64,000 bases of DNA from Kiritimatiellia bacterium (lineage in GTDB: Bacteria > Verrucomicrobiota > Kiritimatiellia > JAAZAB01), in the NCBI GenBank assembly GCA_040767085.1, contig JAXGPF010000009.1, forward strand, positions 64,001-128,000. Direction: 5' to 3'. Every line of letters begins with the position of its first letter. Position 1 is the stretch's first letter. A model generated the notes under the pieces. It was given only the letters and a program-made list of their open reading frames with translations. It had not been told where the DNA came from and searched no databases. A program made the translations under genes and the position numbers. This document shows, piece after piece, positions 8,402 through 19,028 of the stretch.

Positions 8402-10849
8402 TCACTTGCCCGCCTTGGCGTCCAAAGGACTTCGCGCCCTACCGATCGAAGCCTTGGACAACGAAACCATCACCGGGCCCGCCAGTCTGCCCCGTGCCGG
8501 CAAACCCAGCAGCTCCGCGCCGGACAAACGGATATCCGCAATGGCCTGCCGGGCATCGAAACGGTAATCCCGGCGGTGGAGCACCACCGATGCTCCAGCC
8601 CGCAGGCTCACATAATAAACACCGTGACGAAGCATAATTTCACGGCGGCGGCCGGCCAGGCGCGCGCCGTCAAACGGGTCCGCCAGCGCCAGCCGCCCGT
8701 CAATACCGGCCGTCACCCGCACCCATGCGGTTTGACCGCCTTGTCGTACAGCCGAAACGATCCAGCCGCCTTCCGCCCGCAAATCGAAAAACGCCGCATC
8801 GCGCCACTGCAGCGGCACGGCGGGAAATATCCGCAGCTTGCCGCCCCACCCCTGCACCAGCATGTCGCCGATCCCGGCGCTGACGGCGTTATTGGATTCC
8901 ATCGTGAACGGCGCTTTGGCGCGTTCGCGGCCTTTGTTCCGGCCTAGCAGCGGCGTAAAGGCGGACGCGCCGGTGGCGCGCCAATCGGAATTGACATGCA
9001 ACCCGTTGGGCATGGTCCAATGTTCCATGAACTGCCGCAGGCTTTCATACGCCCAGCCCGGACAGCCCAGCACGGCAGCCATGCTGATGATCTGCGCATA
9101 AGTATGGCCGGCCCATTGATACTGGCCCAGCCCGAGAAACTGGTTGATGCTGGCGGCAATGATGGCCCGGGCTTGCTCATCGCCTTCAATGGTAAGGTCC
9201 ATCGCCGGATGGATGGCCATCAACTGGCTGGGATGGCGATGCGATTCATCCAGGAGTTTCCCCGGCCAGAGGCACAATTCCTGTTTTTCGGTCAAGGCAT
9301 ATGGCGCCAGCTTCTGCCGGATGTTGCGGGCGTCACTGGTCAGTTCGGCGGTCCCCAGCGCCGCTTCCATTTCCACAATCCAATCGCAGCACTTGCGGAT
9401 CAGGGCCAGGTCAATATTGGGATCTTTGCAAAACGCCTTCCGGGCATCATGCCCGAAATATTCCGGGCTGCTGGAAAGCGGCACATGCAGATAACCGTCG
9501 GACTCCGCCTGCAGGTTGGCGCGCACAAACTTGAAAATTTCCGCCAGCAGGGGATACCCGGTCCGGCGCAGCCAGTCCTGATCCATGCTGTAGCGCCAGC
9601 GCAGCCATACCAGCCAGCCCAGCCAGAGCCCATGGCTCCAGGCGAAATTCAACGCATACCAGACGCTGCCGCTGCCGCCCGGCGGCGCCTTGCCGAACAT
9701 GACGCCCGGCCAGAAGGCGCCTTCCGTGGCGAAAAAGCGCCGGGTATATTGCAGGACCGCCGGCAGACGCTCCACCATGTAATCGCACCAGCAATCCAGC
9801 AAGTCCAGGTGGCCGGAAACGCCCGCCGGCCAGAAGGTTTCCTGGACATTCATGTCGTTGTGATAGTCACCGCGCCAGGGCGGCAGCACGCCGTCCATCG
9901 CCCACACTCCCTGCAAGCCCGGCGGCATGTGCCCGCGCCGGGCCGATGACGCCAGCAGGTACACCCCGTAATACCAGAAAAATTCCGCCGCCGGCTCGGG
10001 CAACACCACGGCCGAGGCGCTCCAGAATTGACGCCACGCGGACAGGTGCTCCCGGTACAGCTTGTCAAACCCGGCGCGCATGGCGGCTGAAAGAGTGCCG
10101 CACGCCTTCTCCGCCGCCGCCGCCGCGGTATCGGCCGTTTCCACCGCCACCAGGATATCATCGCCGGCGATATTCCAAACCACGGCATAACTTAAGCTGC
10201 CCGGGATAGTCTGCGCCATGGCGCGCAACGGCTCCGCCGGAGGCGTCGCCCTACCTGGCGGATTTGCGCCACAAACCGGGGTTGAGTATTCCGGCGGCGG
10301 ATACCCCAGCCCCGCCATGGCCGGACAGATTTCCGACAGCGGCCGCAGTTTCAAACACGCGCGCTTGGGAAGATTCGTCACCCGCACGCATATCACATGG
10401 CGGTCTTTAGCGATAAAGGCGGTCACATCGTGCCGGCCCGTCCGGGTGACAATCCGGCCGGCGACCGCCGCCCGGTCCAAATCCAGCCGGCAGCCATATT
10501 CCCGTGCCGGGCCGATATCAAGTTCCATCCGCCCGATGCTGATCTTGGTTGGATACAAATTATTGGACTTGATGCCTGTCCCGAACACTTGCTGCGCCTG
10601 GTCGAACTCCTGATTGCGGATCAGCCGGCGTAAATTGGCGTAATTGTAATCCGGGCGGTCAAAGGCGGTGGTGCTCCGGCGGTTATCCCACAAGTCCGAG
10701 CAATCCAGGGTGAAATTCAGGGGATGGCCGTCCCCCCATACCATGGCGCCCAGGAAGCCGTTGCCGAGCGGGAACCCATCCTGCCAGATCATCGGCGGAG
10801 CGCTATGTTCAATGAAATGATCGCCGCGTAATTTGATTTTATTGTTCAT
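8402..10849 (-). CDS. GH95/GH65-like glycoside hydrolase (alpha-L-fucosidase-like)
   Basis: GFPLGNGFLGAMVWG, LQGVW..PPWRGDYHNDMNVQ, SSSPE, SHRHPSQL, LRIFPAVP, DLRAEGG. Confidence 0.82.
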   Translation of the reverse strand: MNNKIKLRGDHFIEHSAPPMIWQDGFPLGNGFLGAMVWGDGHPLNFTLDCSDLWDNRRSTTAFDRPDYNYANLRRLIRNQEFDQAQQVFGTGIKSNNLYPTKISIGRMELDIGPAREYGCRLDLDRAAVAGRIVTRTGRHDVTAFIAKDRHVICVRVTNLPKRACLKLRPLSEICPAMAGLGYPPPEYSTPVCGANPPGRATPPAEPLRAMAQTIPGSLSYAVVWNIAGDDILVAVETADTAAAAAEKACGTLSAAMRAGFDKLYREHLSAWRQFWSASAVVLPEPAAEFFWYYGVYLLASSARRGHMPPGLQGVWAMDGVLPPWRGDYHNDMNVQETFWPAGVSGHLDLLDCWCDYMVERLPAVLQYTRRFFATEGAFWPGVMFGKAPPGGSGSVWYALNFAWSHGLWLGWLVWLRWRYSMDQDWLRRTGYPLLAEIFKFVRANLQAESDGYLHVPLSSSPEYFGHDARKAFCKDPNIDLALIRKCCDWIVEMEAALGTAELTSDARNIRQKLAPYALTEKQELCLWPGKLLDESHRHPSQLMAIHPAMDLTIEGDEQARAIIAASINQFLGLGQYQWAGHTYAQIISMAAVLGCPGWAYESLRQFMEHWTMPNGLHVNSDWRATGASAFTPLLGRNKGRERAKAPFTMESNNAVSAGIGDMLVQGWGGKLRIFPAVPLQWRDAAFFDLRAEGGWIVSAVRQGGQTAWVRVTAGIDGRLALADPFDGARLAGRRREIMLRHGVYYVSLRAGASVVLHRRDYRFDARQAIADIRLSGAELLGLPARGRLAGPVMVSLSKASIGRARSPLDAKAGK

Positions 10850-10895
10850 GGATATCCAACCTTATGCAATCTTACAAAGTTGCCCGGAAACACGT

Positions 10896-12365
10896 TTACG
10901 GCTGCCGCGGCGGCCCATCCGTACGGAACGGCACGGCCGGGAATCCGTCCCGGTTAAACAAATTCACGCGCGGATAATCCGCCCAGCCGTAACGAACCGC
11001 CGCCGGCTGCGCCACCTCCGTACTGGAAACATGCACTGCATCGTCTTTAAGCTCCGCATCCGCCCGCACGAATTTGCCGTCCGGCCCGGCGATGGCAAAG
11101 CCCTCCGCCGGCGCGTCGTGCGGCGTCGTCAACCCGCCATCCGCGTGGTTGAAATTGACCACGGCCGTGCTGCCGGAGATTTCCAGTCCCGCGAATTCCG
11201 GGCCGCGCCAGGCGACTTTTTCGCCGTAAACCAGGTTGCGCGCCGCCAGGCTCAGGCGCCGCCCGACGGTTTCCTTGTCCACCGGATGCGGATTTTGCGG
11301 ATCATCCCCCAAGTCCACCGTGCCGGCCATGGCGGTATTGGTTACGGTTGCCGCGACCAGCGCCTGTTCCGCGCGCGCCACGGACCAGGAACTTTCCACG
11401 GGTTGATCGCTGACGGCGCCGTAGGGCGCCAACTGCACAAAGAGAAACGGGAAATCGCCCAGGCCCCAATCAGCGCGCCATTGCCCGATCAAGTCGGAAA
11501 ACATCCCGGCAAAATTTCGGCCGGCGCTCACATTCGACTCGCCCTGGTACCAGATCACGCCGCGGATGGCGTATTTGAGCAGCGGATGGATCATGCCGTG
11601 ATAATATTCGGATGGTTGAAACGGCCGCGCTGGACGCGTCTCTGCGCCGGTCGCCAGGGCCTGTTGATATTGCGCCCAGCGCCGGCGCATGGCTGCCTGC
11701 CGGAGGGGATATCGGCGTTCCAGCAATCCCGGGCTCATCCACACTTCCATGGGCGAGCCGCCGCGGGCCGCCAGAATCAATCCCACCGGCACGTTCAGAT
11801 GCCGGCGCAATTCCCGGCCGAAGAAGTAGCCGGCGGCGGAAAACTCCGCCGCGGTTGGCGGCGTGCAGGCCCGCCATGCGCCGCGCACATCCGCCTGGGG
11901 AACATTGGTGCGCACATCGGCCACGGTAAACAGCCGGAGCAGCGGGTCATCCGCCCGGGCGGCGGCTGCCGCGCCGCCCCGGACATGATAGCCCACGTAT
12001 TTGCGGTTCAGCGGCATGACCATGTTCGATTGCCCGGAACAGAGCCAGACCTCGCCGACATAGACTTTTTCAAGCGCCAGGATGTTCCGGCTCCGGACAG
12101 TCATCGGCCACGGTCCGCCGGCCGTCATGGGGGGCAGCAGGATTTCCCAGCGCCCGTCAACCACCCGCGCGGATTTTTCCAGGCCGCGGAACGCCACCGT
12201 CACGGTCGCGCCTTCTTCGGCCCAACCCCAGATCCTGCCCGGAAGATCGCGCTGGAGAACCATCCCCTCGCCGATCAGCGCCGGCAGTCGGAGTTCGGAA
12301 GCATAAGCCGCCGCGTTCAGCATCACCCACACCGCCATGAACCGTGTTATGCTTCGGGTTGACAT
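10896..12365 (-). CDS. Sialate O-acetylesterase (SASA/SGNH family), exported
   Basis: Signal peptide; GMVLQRD, GEVWLCSGQSNM, FSAAGYFFG, IWYQGESN, PHPVDKETVG, AVRYGW. Confidence 0.88.
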   Translation of the reverse strand: MSTRSITRFMAVWVMLNAAAYASELRLPALIGEGMVLQRDLPGRIWGWAEEGATVTVAFRGLEKSARVVDGRWEILLPPMTAGGPWPMTVRSRNILALEKVYVGEVWLCSGQSNMVMPLNRKYVGYHVRGGAAAAARADDPLLRLFTVADVRTNVPQADVRGAWRACTPPTAAEFSAAGYFFGRELRRHLNVPVGLILAARGGSPMEVWMSPGLLERRYPLRQAAMRRRWAQYQQALATGAETRPARPFQPSEYYHGMIHPLLKYAIRGVIWYQGESNVSAGRNFAGMFSDLIGQWRADWGLGDFPFLFVQLAPYGAVSDQPVESSWSVARAEQALVAATVTNTAMAGTVDLGDDPQNPHPVDKETVGRRLSLAARNLVYGEKVAWRGPEFAGLEISGSTAVVNFNHADGGLTTPHDAPAEGFAIAGPDGKFVRADAELKDDAVHVSSTEVAQPAAVRYGWADYPRVNLFNRDGFPAVPFRTDGPPRQP

Positions 12366-12513
12366 GATGTACTTGCGGGACAAGTCCAGCCCAGCAGGAG
12401 AAGGCCGCAGCCTGCACCCGCACTATGTTTTGTCGCGGACAAAGCTGCTCAAAGCAGTTCGCCTTCCTCGCGACCACGCTCAATATCTAACGACGGCATA
12501 TTAAAGGAAAAAG

Positions 12514-15500
12514 CTATGGCTCAAAATCCGTCGGCTCCGCCCCCGGCTCGATCTGGATGGCGTCCACCCAGACCGCCCCCTCCCCCAGCACGCGCAAGCC
12601 AAAAACGTGGTAAGGACTGATCATGGGCGTCAGCATGCCCGTATGCGAGTAGCGCCGCCATTCCCTGGTCAGTTGGAATTCGGGAAAATCCTTCGCTTCC
12701 GGCGCGTCAAGTTGGGCAGCATCGTCAAATCCGCACAGCCGCACGACCATGCCATCGCGTTCGGCTTTCATGTAAACCGAAAACACATAGGGCGTCGGTT
12801 TTTCAACCCGGGGTACCAGGGTAAAGCCGAAGCCGCTCCACCAGCTCAGCCAGCGCCGCCAGGAACCCTGCTGCGCCTGCACCCGGAAACTCGCCGAGCC
12901 GTGCCAGGCGTTATTTGTATCCACCGCAAACATCCCGGTTCCGGCGCCCAATGGGCCGGTGTCGGTCCGGCCGAACTGGTCATACAGAGCCATATAATAA
13001 TCCGGCCAATCGGGCAGTGTGGCCTCCTCGAACGACGGGTTGCGCACCAGGTTGCGCTTGCCGGGCCGGCCGGCATCCGGCTGGGCCGGCGCGGCATAAC
13101 GCGGATCGGTTTCCGCCGGGAAAGGCTGCATATCCACCTTGACCGCCGCGGGGATGGGCAGGTCCGGAGCATCCACGACATAAGCCCGGACGGCGTAAGC
13201 CGGCAGTTTTTCGCCGAACATGCCGTCCTGCACGGGGTATTTCTCCGGCCCGAACCAGCGCGTCACAACCTGGCCGTCCGGCAATCCGGCGATACCAAAG
13301 CGGACCGCGACGGGACCGGGAGACGCATTGGCGGCCAGCAAGACATATGTCCCGTCCGCGCCGCGGCGGAGCGACACCTGCACGGCGGGGTATTGATCGG
13401 CATCCGGGTCGTACCGGCCGGGTTGATAGGCGATAGTCTGCGGGATTTCCGGCGTGACGGCCAGGGGCCCGATCTGCCGGAACTCGTCGCCCAACTGCCG
13501 CATGGCCCCCATGGATAAGGCGTGCTTGTAAGGATACGCGAAGTAAAACAAGGCCTTGGCGCCGTGAATCACCGCCAGGTACGACTGGCAAAGCTGCTCC
13601 TCCGGCAGGAGCACCCTCCGGCGCATGCCGCTCCATAATTCACCCACCGGCACAATCCAGGTCGGATGCCCGAGGGCATCGCCCCGGCGCCTGGTCCAGG
13701 TGGTGATTTTTGACATCCAGTTCACCGTCCCGCGCACCCCGGTCTTGGGCTGCTCGCCGTTGGGAATCCAGTATGGGTCGGTGCCGACGATGTCGCTCCA
13801 ATCGAGCCATTTCTCGCCGGGTGGAATATGGGAAGAATACAGGACCACCCAGGGATGGTATCCATCCAACGCGTTGACCGCGCGGTATAATTTCCGGCCC
13901 GGCTCGATCTGGTGCTCCCAGCCCGGCTCATCGAAATGGAAATAGGCCATGAGCGAAGGCAGGTTCTTGACATTTTCCACCCCCAACAACATCCGATCCA
14001 TGTTTTTATCCACCAGGGCCGGGAAGTCGGGCGAAGCCTTCTGGCCGATCAGGTTGGCGCCGGCATAACGATCCACCGGCTCCACCACCAGCAGTCCGTG
14101 CCGGGCTGCCTGCTCATGAAAATCCGCGGCATTGGTCGGATTCTGAGAGGAATTCCAGCGCAGCACGCTGTTCATGCCCGCCGCGGCCACCTCGGCAAAA
14201 TGCTTTTCATTCGTGCCGCTGAAAACCACCCCGATCGGGAAAAACGGCCGGCCGTTATTCAGCAACACCAGGTCGAACCGGTCGAGTTTCCATTCCCGGC
14301 CGGGCCGGTGCGCGCGTTTCACGCATTCGAATTCGCGCCGGATGACGGTTTTGCCTGATGCGTCGAGCAATACGAACTCCCAGGCGTGCGCGCCGGCCGG
14401 GATGTCGGTCAGGCTGACGGTCACCGTCGGGCAGGCGGACATGCTTGCCGCCCGGCCCAAAATTCTGCCGGAGGTGTCGCGCACAGCGGCGGTCATGCCC
14501 GCCATGGCCTCCGGCGGCAATGCCACTGCCGCGCGGATGCGGGCCGCGGATTCATCGGTGTAATATGAGCGATCGGCAAACACTCCCGACAGCAAAGTCA
14601 GGTGTTCGGTACGCGTTACATGCACCACCTGCAAAACCTCGCCTGTGGCCGCGTCAGCCAATTCCAGCCTGGCGGTCCGGCTGGACAGGCGGGCCACCGG
14701 CAAAAACAGCCTGACTGCCCGGACGGACGGCCCCTTGACGGACAGGCGCTCGGACAACCGGCTTGGCTCGCCGCCGAGCGGCAGGTCGGCCGCCCGGATT
14801 TCCAGATCCCGTTCGTTCGGGGTCAGCACGCGCAATTCGGCGGATAAGGCATACCCATACCGGCCATTGGTTTGCATATAACTTCCCGCGGCGGCGGCAT
14901 GCAGCGCGGCGAGAAAGGGCGTCCGGGGTATGATCTCTTCCAGGCCGCGCAGGCACCCGAATCGGAACGGCTCGTGGAATTGACGGAACAGCGGCGACCA
15001 GGTAAAAAACAAGCGGTCCTGGTACACCTCCACGCCCTGCGGATCTATCACGGGAATGCAAATGGCGCCGCATAAATTTATGCGCAGCTTGTCCAGCCGG
15101 CCATGGGCGGCCAGGACGCTCAAAGGCAGGGCAATCTCCGCCTGCCATCCTTGCTCGGTTATCCGGACGGCGGACCGCCAGGGGATATCCCAATTCCGGT
15201 CGCCCGCGTAATCGCCGGACGCATTGCGCGTTTTCTGCTGTTCGGCGCGGACATTGGCGGCATTTAACATGTAATGGTAATACAACCGCCCATCCGTGCC
15301 GGGATCTATAAATATTTCCAGCGAATCATCCTGTGTAACGCCTCCGTCCTGCTCCAGCACTTTGGGCTTGATGCGTTCCGGCATGGGATGGCGGATTTGC
15401 GCGGCGATATAGAGCCACTGATTGTCAAATGCCAGCTTGAAGGCAACCGCATCGGTGGTTTCATCTTTGCGATACACATTCAATTTTTCGACCATGGCGG

Positions 15501-15684
15501 CGGTTTTCCAGCAGGCATCATCCAGCACGCCGTCCAGCTTAGGCGGCATCTCACATGCCGAAATTGATATTTCCGGCAACGGCGGCAACTCCGCCGGCGC
15601 GCCGGACGCGTTCAGAATGCCATACAGCAGCATCCCTGCCCACATCCGCATGATCCCGATCGATACTCCGCCTCTGATCATCAT
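12514..15684 (-). CDS. Secreted multidomain glycosidase-like protein, paralog 1 (CBM9-like sugar-binding domain, TIM-barrel-like core, C-terminal CBM-like domain)
   Basis: PKLDGVLDDACW, DDSLEIFIDP, WQAEIALP; NGRPFFPIG, HFDEP, YLAVIHGAK; NLVRNPSFE...WVDAIQIE. Confidence 0.65.
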   Translation of the reverse strand: MMIRGGVSIGIMRMWAGMLLYGILNASGAPAELPPLPEISISACEMPPKLDGVLDDACWKTAAMVEKLNVYRKDETTDAVAFKLAFDNQWLYIAAQIRHPMPERIKPKVLEQDGGVTQDDSLEIFIDPGTDGRLYYHYMLNAANVRAEQQKTRNASGDYAGDRNWDIPWRSAVRITEQGWQAEIALPLSVLAAHGRLDKLRINLCGAICIPVIDPQGVEVYQDRLFFTWSPLFRQFHEPFRFGCLRGLEEIIPRTPFLAALHAAAAGSYMQTNGRYGYALSAELRVLTPNERDLEIRAADLPLGGEPSRLSERLSVKGPSVRAVRLFLPVARLSSRTARLELADAATGEVLQVVHVTRTEHLTLLSGVFADRSYYTDESAARIRAAVALPPEAMAGMTAAVRDTSGRILGRAASMSACPTVTVSLTDIPAGAHAWEFVLLDASGKTVIRREFECVKRAHRPGREWKLDRFDLVLLNNGRPFFPIGVVFSGTNEKHFAEVAAAGMNSVLRWNSSQNPTNAADFHEQAARHGLLVVEPVDRYAGANLIGQKASPDFPALVDKNMDRMLLGVENVKNLPSLMAYFHFDEPGWEHQIEPGRKLYRAVNALDGYHPWVVLYSSHIPPGEKWLDWSDIVGTDPYWIPNGEQPKTGVRGTVNWMSKITTWTRRRGDALGHPTWIVPVGELWSGMRRRVLLPEEQLCQSYLAVIHGAKALFYFAYPYKHALSMGAMRQLGDEFRQIGPLAVTPEIPQTIAYQPGRYDPDADQYPAVQVSLRRGADGTYVLLAANASPGPVAVRFGIAGLPDGQVVTRWFGPEKYPVQDGMFGEKLPAYAVRAYVVDAPDLPIPAAVKVDMQPFPAETDPRYAAPAQPDAGRPGKRNLVRNPSFEEATLPDWPDYYMALYDQFGRTDTGPLGAGTGMFAVDTNNAWHGSASFRVQAQQGSWRRWLSWWSGFGFTLVPRVEKPTPYVFSVYMKAERDGMVVRLCGFDDAAQLDAPEAKDFPEFQLTREWRRYSHTGMLTPMISPYHVFGLRVLGEGAVWVDAIQIEPGAEPTDFEP

Positions 15685-16020
15685 TGCATTTTTCCCTTTT
15701 TGCGATGTTCGACTGATAATAAATCCGGAACAATTTATCCGCCAAATCTCGCATGGATCACAAAGCCCCGATTGTTTTTTCACCATCCGCTACGCTGGAG
15801 GACACGGAGCAGAGCGAGGACGGCATGTTTTCCTTCAGCATCTGCAAATCCGTTCCGCCTTGGCGGCTTAGCGCCTTTGCGAGATATATCCTCTCCGCGG
15901 TAAAGATCCCGATCTCACCACTGACAGACAATTGTTTGCCATAATTATTACGCCTCGGAATTCTTTCTTGGCGTTCCTTGCGATCTTTCGTGGTGAATTA
16001 TTTCCGGTTCCAGACTTCCA

Positions 16021-17361
16021 TTACAGTTTAACTTTCAATACTTCCCAGCTTTTCGCCGGCCGGTAGCCGGTAATTATACTGTCCGCGAATCCATCGGCAT
16101 TAACCGTTATTTTATACGTATATTCAATTATATCAGGTTGGTTTTCGTTGTCGGTCGCCCGCCGGACGAATTCCTTCAACAACAATGCGCCATTTTCGCC
16201 TTTGCCCGGCGTCCGCCCGCCGGCATCCGTCCGCAATCGCGGCGGCGCGGCGGCCGCCAGGTCTTTCTGTTCATTTTCAACACTGACAACCGCGTTGGCG
16301 ATCGGCCGGTCTTGCGCATCAACCACCGCCACGACAATATGCCGATATGAAATCACATGCGGATATTGACGCTTGCCGGTGCGCGGATTATCCCACGCCT
16401 GGATAATATCGCCCGCAGCCGGCGCGGTCCATTGGCAGTCGATCAGGGTCAAACCGCGATTGGAATGGGTTAAAACCCAGTTATGGCGGTTGTTTTCAAA
16501 GACGCAATCCGTCATGGTCAGCACAATCGAACCGCCGTCGCGCACCGCCGAATGCAGGTTGCGGAAGACGCAGCCGAGGATCGGGTTGACGCACCAGGCG
16601 TTATACACTCCCGCCTGGCCATGCTCGAAGGTCGTATGCTCCACCCGGGCCGACTTATCCAGACTTGCGAGGTAATAGCCTTCAGCCCAGGCCAGGCGCG
16701 AGTTGACCAGGACGGGGCTGGCGCCCAGGCGCACTCCAGGCGTGCCGGGCCCGCGCCGGCCGGATATGATGCCCAAAGCGCCTTCCGGAGCCTGGTGCAA
16801 GGCGGAGATCAAGCTGTGATAGGCGTGGATTTCGGCGCCGGGGCCCGTCAGCGCAGCGCCGGTATCTGTGTTGGGCACAAAACCAACGTATAAAGTATGG
16901 GCGGCGTTGGTGGAGCTTTCGATCAGCAGCGTACCGGCCGCGCCCGGATCGTCGGGCCGCCCCAGCGTCAAACGGCTGCGCCCGGCCGGCGTTGCCCGCG
17001 GCGGCAGTTCGCGGTTGATCCCGGGGACATGACAGGGATAAACGATGACATTGCCGCGCACCGTCAGCGTGCAGGATGTGCCTGCGGCGCCGGCGATATC
17101 AAAGCATGTCTCGCTTCCGTCATTCCAACCGATCACCAGGTGCGCGTCCAGGACATAACGCCGCTGCGCTTCGTCAAACTGGACCACATCCCACCCATAC
17201 AGCCGGTCCAGTTGCGCCAGCAGCGCCGGCGTGGCGGGCGCGGCGGCGGGATATCCCATCACGTAAAGGGAGCGCGTGGATTCGTCGTAGGCGACCAACC
17301 CCGCCGAGGCGGTCATGCATCCCAACAAAAACCAAAACGCAATTTTAATCCATGCCTTCAT
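16021..17361 (-). CDS. Exported hypothetical protein with short beta-helix and C-terminal beta-sandwich-like segment
   Basis: Signal peptide MKAWIKIAFWFLLGCMTASA; GCVFRN/DCVFENN repeats; VVDAQDRPIANAVVSV. Confidence 0.6.
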   Translation of the reverse strand: MKAWIKIAFWFLLGCMTASAGLVAYDESTRSLYVMGYPAAAPATPALLAQLDRLYGWDVVQFDEAQRRYVLDAHLVIGWNDGSETCFDIAGAAGTSCTLTVRGNVIVYPCHVPGINRELPPRATPAGRSRLTLGRPDDPGAAGTLLIESSTNAAHTLYVGFVPNTDTGAALTGPGAEIHAYHSLISALHQAPEGALGIISGRRGPGTPGVRLGASPVLVNSRLAWAEGYYLASLDKSARVEHTTFEHGQAGVYNAWCVNPILGCVFRNLHSAVRDGGSIVLTMTDCVFENNRHNWVLTHSNRGLTLIDCQWTAPAAGDIIQAWDNPRTGKRQYPHVISYRHIVVAVVDAQDRPIANAVVSVENEQKDLAAAAPPRLRTDAGGRTPGKGENGALLLKEFVRRATDNENQPDIIEYTYKITVNADGFADSIITGYRPAKSWEVLKVKL

Positions 17362-17409
17362 TTTTCTTTTCTTTCCGGACACGCATGCCGGCGCCGTTAC
17401 GCGCGATTT

Positions 17410-18864
17410 TCAGCGCAGTTGCAACAAAAATCCCGAATGCAGATCCTCGTAGGCGCCGATATCTACCCGGCGAAAAAAGCCGTCTATCCTGCCCGACCCA
17501 TCCAGGTCTGCCGCACCGGCCATCCAAGCCTCGTTCGTGCCGGAATTCAGGCAGGGCGATCCTGAAGCCAACCGGCAATCGCCAAGGTCCATGTTCTTCA
17601 GTTGCGGATGATTGGTAACCAATCCGGCGGCGAAGGCAAGGTTGCTGTTAATGCAGCAATACTCAAAAGTATTGCTGGAAGAAACATCGTCATACACGGC
17701 ATAAATATCGTCGCCGGCTTTACTGGCGCTGTTTGAATATATAATCGTATTTACAAAGATATTGTTGGTGCCGGAGTGCAAACGCAGACCGCCCCCCTGG
17801 CCGGCCGCGCTGTTGCTGACGATGGTGCTGGAGTAAACAAGCACCCGGCTGTCCGGCCTGGACTCAATGCCGCCGCCGCCCAAACCGCTGGATGTAGCGC
17901 GGTTGCCAAACAACAGGCAATTGCGCATGGTTATTGTCGCAGTTCCCCCCAAGTCTATTGCTGCGCCGCGTCCAGCGGAATTGCCGATAAACCGGCAATA
18001 TTCAAATACCGACGACCCGCTGGTCCCAACCGCGCCGCCGACGCCTGCCGATGTGTTGCTGATCAAAGTGCAATGGTACAGTTGGAGATTCTTTCCGTTA
18101 ATACCGCCATGCCTCTGATTGCCGTCATTATACGAAATATTGCAATTGGAAAATACGCCGCCGGCGCTGGAAACATTAATCCCGCCGATCACGCATCCGC
18201 CCGTCTGCCGGTTATTGACGATAAACGATTCGTTTATCCGGGCGGTGCCGGGCATCTGCACCCCGCCGGCCTGCGACGTGTCAGTAAATTTGAAAGGCGA
18301 CTCTGTTCCCGGCACCCGTGAATTGATGTTGTTGCTGACCACCGAATGCGTTATCAGCGCGGCATTCAGCATATACACGCCCCCGGCGCCAGTGTTGGTG
18401 TTTTCGCAATCGGTGATCAAGCAGTTGGTAATCATTCCATTCTGCAAATACACCCCGCCGGCGGAATTAAGTTCAATCGCATAGCCGTTTCTGACCCAGA
18501 CCCGTTGGAGGGAAGCGCCGGTATTGTTCATGAAAACACAGGTGTTGGTGACATCCGGCCCGCCGCCATCAATTACCGTGTTCGTGGGAGCAGGACCATA
18601 TCCGCGCAGGACCACGGCATTGGTTATGCAGACGAAAGCATTGCTGTCATACGCGCCCGTGGAGTAATACACATCATTTGAAAGCTGGACGACATCGCCG
18701 TTAGTCGCGATATTCAGCGCCTCCTGGATATTCGTTGCCGCGGCCGGCCAACTCGTGTACGGTTCAGCATGGGTGCCGGACAATGATACATAAACCGTCC
18801 GCTGCGCAGGCGCATGCAACGCCAGCAAAAAGAAAACGATCAACCATCTTGCCGGATTTTTCAC
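17410..18864 (-). CDS. Exported right-handed parallel beta-helix protein with choice-of-anchor Q-like C-terminus
   Basis: TSWPAAATNIQEA; GGVY/GGAV/NCLLFGN/SSTIVSN repeats; LASGSPCLNSG...DLDG...RVDIGAYE. Confidence 0.75.
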   Translation of the reverse strand: MKNPARWLIVFFLLALHAPAQRTVYVSLSGTHAEPYTSWPAAATNIQEALNIATNGDVVQLSNDVYYSTGAYDSNAFVCITNAVVLRGYGPAPTNTVIDGGGPDVTNTCVFMNNTGASLQRVWVRNGYAIELNSAGGVYLQNGMITNCLITDCENTNTGAGGVYMLNAALITHSVVSNNINSRVPGTESPFKFTDTSQAGGVQMPGTARINESFIVNNRQTGGCVIGGINVSSAGGVFSNCNISYNDGNQRHGGINGKNLQLYHCTLISNTSAGVGGAVGTSGSSVFEYCRFIGNSAGRGAAIDLGGTATITMRNCLLFGNRATSSGLGGGGIESRPDSRVLVYSSTIVSNSAAGQGGGLRLHSGTNNIFVNTIIYSNSASKAGDDIYAVYDDVSSSNTFEYCCINSNLAFAAGLVTNHPQLKNMDLGDCRLASGSPCLNSGTNEAWMAGAADLDGSGRIDGFFRRVDIGAYEDLHSGFLLQLR

Positions 18865-19028
18865 AATGCCTCCCTTATTTGTGATTGCGATATTGTTAGG
18901 GCGGCCAGTCCCGCCAGCGCGGCCCGCGCCTTGGCCGCCCCCGGAACGGCTCGCCCGGCTTGCCCTGCATAGCTTCAGCGACGCAGGGTGGTCTCGCCTT
19001 TCGGCTCAACGAATTCAATTATTGAAAA

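Noticed and set aside
10833-12362. 509-aa plus-strand ORF, and similar ones at 21550-23058, 26471-27979, 28893-30245 and 43465-44733
   Set aside because: Antisense to well-supported genes; GC-driven absence of stop codons
15700-16020. Intergenic repeats as a CRISPR array
   Set aside because: No regularly spaced identical repeats with unique spacers, and no cas genes anywhere in the window
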